DNA of 60,359 nucleotides, counting the filler, from Dugesia japonica (Eukaryota): assembly GCA_001938525.1 (NCBI GenBank). It is 6 parts of 6 records of this genome, joined end to end, with 100 filler letters (N's around TTAATTAATTAA, not from the genome) between each part and the next. Parts side by side here need not be neighbours in the genome. Positions count along the whole stretch, not along the records: positions 51,857 to 60,359 come from MQRL01610812.1; 5 more parts are not named here. One strand, written 5' to 3'. Positions 53,150 to 60,359 of this stretch are shown here, one piece after another. Within the stretch, counting starts at the first letter, position 1; every line of letters begins with the position of its first letter. The notes beneath the pieces are model-generated. The model made no database searches, was not told the origin of the DNA, and saw only the letters and a list, made by a program, of their open reading frames with translations. The position numbers and the translations under genes are program-made.

Positions 53150-56100
53150 AGTAGGTAGATATGAGAGCATTGTAACAGACCTCCTTCAATTACATAATAT
53201 TATAAAGTGTTTTATACAGCTTGTTATGTAATACAGTATATAGTTCCTGTTTCGTTTTCACATATAGTTTTTTTACGTAATCACTTAATCCCTCTTACAA
53301 CATATGATATGATCGTGAAGGTCAATTTTAATTGAATTTTCTCATAATGGCCAATATTGGATTATCTTAATCAAAGTTTTCCTCGGTATAGCTCACAATG
53401 TTTGATTTTGGTTAGATTTGATGAAATATTTGCTCTGGGTGGTCAATATTTTGTCGCATTTGCTCGTGATGATCAAATTTGGTTGATTTTGGTAAAAAGA
53501 ATTCCTCGGGATGGTCTTTTTTGTTTGGTTTTGGTTAAATACTTGCTTACAATTGTCAAATTTAGTGTATTTGGTAAGACATTTCCTCAGGATGGCCGAT
53601 TTTGGTCGAAATTGGCTGGTGATGTTCAAAGATTTCCTCAGGTTGTTTGAATATTGTTGTTATTGTTGAAAACTTGATATTTTGGTTAAGAATATATACA
53701 GTGGCTGTGAATTGTATATTGTTTTTTTTATCGGCATAGAGTTTCTGAGGTCATCGGGCAAAGCTAGCCACGTCAGACATGGGTGGTTATTTAATCAATT
53801 GGAGATTACACAATAGTGTGAATTATATAACAATTTTATAATATGTTACGAAATAGTTCAAACATCCTATAAATCCTGGGCAAAGCCTATTTTGTTAACA
53901 TATTTTAAATTTTTCCAAAAATGAACGTAAATTTCATTGTTTAATTTTTTTTAACATATGGTTATATTTATACACCAGTCTACTCAAAAAGACCTCGGGA
54001 TCATTTCTAGCAAGAAAACCTTTTTTTCAAAAAAATAAACAGTATCTCCAATTTGATAGAGAGTTTTGGACAGAATCCAAATTTCATTACTTAAAATAGC
54101 CGAACCTTATAGGAGGTTGGCAAAATCCATAAAGCTAGTGTAAAAAGTGGTCCATTTCAGGATTCGAACTCTACCACTGAATTTCGAAAAATCAAAAGTA
54201 TTTCAAATTTTTTCATCAACGAATCCATTCGATGAAGAATTTCACGCTAAGAATAACATGGTTAAAAATCATTTATCTTTATCTTTGAGGAACTAAAATA
54301 TAAAAACAAACAAGTATGCAGCTAAGAGACAAAAGCGAGTGTTAGTGTGTAATTAATTCTTCCAAATAAATAAAATTAACCATATGAAAATTGAAATACA
54401 TAACATTAAAATTATAATCAATTAATTGAAATTAGTAAATTAATCATCTTATATTCATTATCTCAAATTTCATTTGATAATTTATGTGAAAAGCATACAT
54501 TATTAATAATAATCAAAGTAAAAAGTTAATATTAAATAAAATCTTACCTAATTTCATTACATTTGTCATATAATTCAAAAAATCTGGAGCATTCTTCATA
54601 TTAGCATAATCTATGAAATTTACAAAATTATTTGTATGATTTGTGCCAATATTCATCATATTAGCATGTTTCATAAAGTTCTGAGCATCCCTTCATATTA
54701 TTTGACTTTAAATCAAAATTGAAATCAAAAGTAAATCATAACAGAAATCAATAAAATCTAAAATTTAACAAAACCAACCGCATTTAAATTTCAACATTTC
54801 AAAAATCTTTATCTTAATATTTTGCCTAATATTTCATTTTTCTAAACATGTAAATTGAAAATCTAGTTAAAAATTAAAGAAGTTACTTATTTCATGAGTT
54901 TTAAAATTATGACGAAATAAACGTGTTCATATTTAAATGATTACACATATTTTTTAATTAATTAATTAAATTCTTGTGATTAAACAAACATCTATTTCAT
55001 TAATATTAGTATGATTAAATTTCACAACTAAAATAATTAAACGTTAATAATTCATAGTTACACAGTCAATAAATAACAAAATAAAACATGTTTTTATAGA
55101 TTTATTTAATATAAAATTTCAGTTGTTTAAGCTAAAATGTTGGTTTATCAACCATAATTATGTATTATCAGCTATAGTGGTGATTTATCAGTTATAATGG
55201 TGATGAATTGTATTGTGCTTTACTATCGACATAGAGTTTCTGAGGTTAATCACCTCAGACTTGTATCATATATGATTATATTTTAATTACATAATAGTTG
55301 TGTAATCGATTGAAAAATATTTAATAGTGTGAATGATATCATAATTGCGGACTTATTGTGTAATAACTCCAATAAACAATGCTGTTCACAAGTTGAAACA
55401 TGTGATTGCCAATTTAACTGATTAAATATATGAATGCACGAATAAAGTGAATGTATAAGGCTAAATATCAATCCACGAGGGAAAAATATAATGAATACGT
55501 ACACAAGGAGACAAATGCCCCGTCACTGGGATCTTATGTGATCATATAAGTTGTTAAATGCATAAAATATTCTGATAGACATTTAAAATTCATATAAAAC
55601 GTATAGATAGATGAACATACGCACAAACAAGCATATATGTAGGGAGGTAAATGATCCCTCATTATGATCCTTTACGAACATATAACTGGTTGAGAACACG
55701 AAATAGGTTCATAGTCAGCTAAATTAATAGAAATTTCATAAGGTCATGGAAACTGATCATAAACGACTAATTGAACATATTTGCCGCTGAACACATGAAG
55801 TGTATAGGTTAATTGCCTCTTAGTGTGATATTTAATATTTATCTGTAACTAATTAAATTGTTTAGAACTTTTATTTTAGATGCTGAAAATCTATTTTCAA
55901 TGTTGAAGTGTTGAATTTCTATAGATTTTGTTAATGGATGGAATGTGTTGATTATATTAAGCGTATTGAACAAGTGTATGGAGTGAGGATTATAAATGCT
56001 ATCAGTTATTTAAGCGAATTAAATAGATTATAATTATTATTATTATTAAATAGATTATAATCACATTGCTCTAATGATTACTCAAATTTGAGATAGTTTT

Positions 56101-56768
56101 TATTTTTTTGATAAACGTTTTCTTGCTAGAAATGATCCGATGTCATTCTGAATCTATTGGTGTGAAAATAACCTTGTGTTAAAAAAACTAAAAATTTGAA
56201 ATTTGCGTTATTTTGTTNAATAAATTAAAATGTTTTAACAAAATAGGCTTTTCCCTAGGATTTTCGCGATTTTTGAGTTATTACACAGTGACGAAATTAT
56301 GATATCAGTCACAATATTGCGTAATTTTCAAATGATTATAGAACTATTATACAAGTATGGTGTAATGATATATGGTGACGTAACAGTACAAACCTGACGT
56401 GATTAGACTTTCCCGATGACCTCAGAAACTCTATGTTGATTCTAAACGACTATACAATTCATAGCCACTGTATATATTCTAAACCGAAATATCAAATTTT
56501 CAACCATCACAACAATATTCAACCAATTTGATAAAATCTTTGAACATTACCAATCCAATTTCGACCAAATTCGACCATATTTTTTTTAAAAAATTCAACG
56601 TTTCAATCCAAATCGACCATCCCTAGGAAATGTCTTACCAAAATCCACCACATTTGACCATTCCGACGAAATTATGTGTTGTATAAATGCGATTAACTGA
56701 TTACGTAAATATCTATATGGAAAACCGAAACACAGACTGTATACTGTATCCGCTCATATCTACCTACT
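53150..56768. mobile_element. Complete non-autonomous Polinton/Maverick-type element (3619 bp)
   Basis: Perfect 6-bp TSD ATTTTA (53144-53149 / 56769-56774). Termini AGTAGGTAGATATGAG...CTCATATCTACCTACT (16-bp perfect IR). Long diverged TIRs ~53150-54060 and ~56075-56768. No pPolB, integrase or capsid ORF recognised inside. Confidence 0.82.
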
Positions 56769-57121
56769 ATTTTATAAAACAAATATATTTTTAAGTTTTT
56801 TCTGGATTTTTGGAGTTTCTCTTTTACAGTTATTTTTTTAGAAATTTCATTTTTCCGTATAAATATTTAATTTTAGTTAAATATTACATTATTCTTTTTA
56901 ATTTATATATATATATATATTTATTTATTTATTTGTTTATTTATTTATTTATGACTTTTCATTCTTTTTTTTAAGATTTCTCTAAGAACCGATTTGGTGG
57001 TATTTACCGCTGTCACCATGTTAGGTAAATCTTACAAAGATAATCTATTTTCAAATGAAAATATTTTTATTNNNNNNNNNNNNNNNNNNNNNNNNNNNNN
57101 NNNNNNNNNNNNNNNNNNNNN

Positions 57122-57190
<69 letters not shown>

Positions 57191-57363
57191 TAACATGAAC
57201 AAAAATGTAATTAAAAGATAACATTAAATGACATAAATAATAATATTTGCATTTAAAGTTTAACATTTAATAACATAGTCACACGCATTTGATAATTTTC
57301 AAATACTACTTAATTAGATACTAAACTTTTTTATTGAAAATATTAATAACTTTTATAATTTAG

Positions 57364-58566
57364 GCAAAACGAGAATTCAAATTTTTTACGCCAAGTATTT
57401 CATCAATTTCACCTGATTTCGGGCCATTTATTGGAGGTACTATTATTAAAATTAATGGACAATTTCTAAATATTGGAACAAAAAGAGAAATTAAGTTTAA
57501 ATACAAAAGTCGTGACATTTTATGCAATATATTACAGTAAGAAATTTATATGGATATGATATATGATTTGGTAACTTCTAAACTTTATTAAGACTACCAA
57601 ACTTTTATTATGTGTACCACAATTGGTACTTTTTTCCATTAATTTTATTATGAATAAAACCAACTTCTAAAGTCAATTATTGGTTTTAGTAGATTAAATA
57701 CAAATTTATTTGGTTCTTTCCATTTTTATATGTGTATACCACTCTTCTGTCATATGCCCACTATTTCCACATCGCTTGCACCTGATTTCTTGGAATATCC
57801 TTCTAATGTGGTCTACCTTACCACAATCAAAACATTTTCTTGGTTTTTATCTGGGGCAAACTCGACTTATATGTCCTTTTTTATGTCAAATCTATTTGAC
57901 ACTCTAATACCTTTTTTGTCGAACAATTTGCTTTAGTGTAATCAATCTTTTGACATAGACAACATTCAATATTTCTTTTTCCTACCTTTGATCAACGTGT
58001 AAACTCACTGTATGATTTATAGGTTTCTCTTAATTTCGACTTGTAACTCTGGCTTAAGTTCTAACTGCATCAGGTTTATATCTTCTATTTTCTATTCGAT
58101 CTACTAACGCCGTTGTTTCTTTAATTTCTTCTATATTCTGTCGTTTCCGNAAAGTCACTCCTTCTTCAACTTTCATTTTCCTTTGTTAAATCTTTATTTG
58201 AATATAATCTTTTCACTAAATCTTTTACATTTTTAAAACAAACTTCAATCTCTTCATTTCGACATTTGTAGTTAATCAGAATTCGAAAATATTTGGCATT
58301 TTTCTTTTTCTCAAACGAGCCTGAAATACTTAAACCTTTTTCAACGTTTTTACATATTCTTCTTGTAAATTGCTATCTAACAAACTAATCTTACCTATTG
58401 TTTCTTCTGTTTCTTGTTACCAACAAAATACAATTCACAACACTATGCATTTTTCAATGTCATCTCTTCTAGGGAGCACATATATACCCAATCTGTAATT
58501 GAATCGGTATTTACCGCTGTCATTATGTTAGGTAAATCTTACAAAGATAATTTATTTTCAAAATTG
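57364..58566 (+). CDS. Fragment of an IPT/TIG-domain protein gene (plexin/MET-like); exons 57364-57536, 57593-57625 and 58473-58566
   Basis: AG/GT-bounded exon encoding AKREFKFFTPSISSISPDFGPFIGGTIIKINGQFLNIGTKREI...ILCNIL, the classic P.I..I.P..GP..GGT.I.I.G..L..G IPT motif. The two downstream exons are phase-consistent but less certain. Confidence 0.75.
57710..58450 (-). pseudogene. Decayed Gypsy pol fragment inside an intron
   Basis: Homologous to ~37790-38300. No intact frame. Confidence 0.5.
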
Positions 58567-58689
58567 GTACTATTAATTTGAGACATTTTTATTCATTATT
58601 AACAAAGTTAAGTAATTTTAATAAATATATGGTAAATAGAAACAATTGTATATAATTAATTATTTTAATCAATTTCTATTAGTTGAAAT

Positions 58690-59085
58690 TCTTCAAAATT
58701 ATATTCTGATAAAACATTATTTGAGATTAAGAATATGCCCTGAATATTGTTGGCAATATTGTTAATCATTTAGTTCAGATCATGTGAACAAGCGATGTAC
58801 AAATGTAGCAGAGAATTTTCGTTGTCTAATCATTTCTTGTAACCCTGAGTAGGTACCACTTATATTAGTAGCTCTGTAGTAACCTCAATCTCACAATTTT
58901 GATAGTTCGATGATTTTTTCAATGAATTTCATCATTGTGGTCTCTAATGTTTATGATATTTGGTCAATAACCAGAATAAATCCACAAAACCTTGCATTTC
59001 TTTGCGGATCGAACGATTTCATATTTTTATCTTTCAGTGGAATATAGTACTTAATTGAATAGATCTTGTATTAATGAAAACGGCC
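58690..59085 (-). pseudogene. hAT (Tip100/ZMYM1-like) transposase remnant
   Basis: RATNISGTYSGLQEMI...ATFVH resembles the YDGASNMSG..SGLQ..I...A.FVHC..H.LNL motif. Confidence 0.6.
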
Positions 59086-59559
59086 TTTTCTATTTCTATT
59101 CTTATTTAGACATTGATTACGCATGCAATTAAATTAATTAATTTATTTTGTGTATTCTTATTTCTATAGCAGGTATGTCAAAACATCATATTAAAGTTGT
59201 TTAATTATTTTTTCAAAATTTCCTAGAAAATTTCATTGAAATTTCAACCAATGGGGACGAAAAGGTAAATGATTTATAGCAAGTGTTTTACTTGCGTTTA
59301 CAATACTTTGCGCAAACAATTTACTGTATTGTTAATTTCTTCCTGACTAGCAATATCTATGACTGAACCACTTTTCCATTTATATTCCATGTTGGTTTAT
59401 TTCTTTGTATTTTTCAACACTTTTTGTTAAGTGCCCTCATTCAAATGTTCTTAGGAGAATTCTAAATCCCAGTTTGACGAATTAAAAGCCAGTACTTAAA
59501 ATTAAATTTCAATTAATTTAAACAAAAATTATGAATTTCGCTTAATTTCAAGAGAACTG

Positions 59560-59731
59560 GAATAGCTTGTGGTTACCTTTTGATTACATACTATTGTATT
59601 TATTACGTCACTGGTACATATTGATTGCACAATTAACTGTCTAAATCTGTAAGTCACTTTGTGGGTAATACGTAAACACAATTTGATTGGTCACCAGGGA
59701 GAGTTGGCCTAGTGCGGACTATCTATCTACT
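59560..59731. mobile_element. Polinton-like right terminus; inner boundary uncertain
   Basis: Ends AGTGCGGACTATCTATCTACT, nearly identical to AGTGCGCTACTATCTATCTACT at 28776-28796. No partner end with TSD TTCTCA was found. Confidence 0.6.
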
Positions 59732-60049
59732 TTCTCAATTTAAAATATTTACAAATTAGAATATGTTTACATGCAAAATATTGTACAAACTATAAAAACA
59801 ATACTGTTAAATGTATTGAATGTAAAAAGAAAAAACGATACGAGAGAAAACAAAGATTTTATTTTGATTAAAAATAAGTTTCACAATATATTTTGAATTT
59901 TAGTTGATAACGATATAGGAATACTTAAATTATTTTAAACCTGATATAATTATGACTGTGGGTATAATTATATAAATATATATATATATATATATAAGTA
60001 ATAGAATAATTACTTTTTACCCTTAGGGGGTATACTACCGTACCATATG

Positions 60050-60250
60050 AAAAATGTTAAATGTTAAATATAAAATGTAAAATGTTAAATATAAAATGTA
60101 AAATGTTAAATGTAAAATGTTAAATGTTAAATCAAATATAAAAATGTTTAACCCAATATGATAAATGATAAATGTTAAATGTTTAATGTAAAATGTAAAA
60201 TGTTAAATGTTAAATCAAATATAAAAATGTTTAACCCAATATGAAAAAAA
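60050..60250. repeat. AAATGT(T/A)-based minisatellite with a higher-order duplication
   Basis: Repeated AAATGTT/AAAATGT units. The block AAATGTTAAATCAAATATAAAAATGTTTAACCCAATATGA occurs twice. Confidence 0.85.
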
Positions 60251-60359
60251 TCAAAATGTTAGACATTTCATAGCCAAAATATTTAAGAGGAATATATAAA
60301 ATATAAATAAGAGGATTAAATTGTTCCTATAGAAAATGACCACTCAAATATATAAATGT

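Noticed and set aside
54142-54182. tRNA gene
   Set aside because: No anticodon arm or cloverleaf. Kept only as a Pol III-like motif.

Overview
Very AT-rich, transposon-dense eukaryotic DNA. The 40-50 nt GT-AG introns, (TAA)n microsatellites and repeat content suggest a planarian/flatworm draft assembly, but that assignment is inference. The window is six contigs joined by an artificial 100-bp linker (44N-TTAATTAATTAA-44N at 9105, 18795, 27974, 37335 and 51757), so adjacency across the linkers is unproven. Host genes: four coding exons of TMEM17, a fragment of an IPT/TIG-domain (plexin-like) gene, a three-exon unknown gene fragment, and an intact ORF for a small secreted six-cysteine peptide with mirror-symmetric Cys spacing. 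Mobile DNA: two full-length decayed piggyBacs; DD37D, DD34D, DD34E and pogo members of the Tc1/mariner superfamily; two hAT MITEs and many hAT fragments; a near-complete Gypsy element plus Gypsy remnants; and a Penelope remnant with a degenerate hammerhead. The most distinctive signal is invisible in the ORF track. It is a complete 3.6-kb non-autonomous Polinton/Maverick-type element (53150-56768) with AG...CT ends, a perfect 6-bp TSD and 0.7-0.9 kb TIRs. Six further related termini (AGTAGRTAGATA...) occur across the contigs, some with subterminal arrays of RFX X-box-like or TGACCTTGA motifs. All alignments and coordinates were read by eye.
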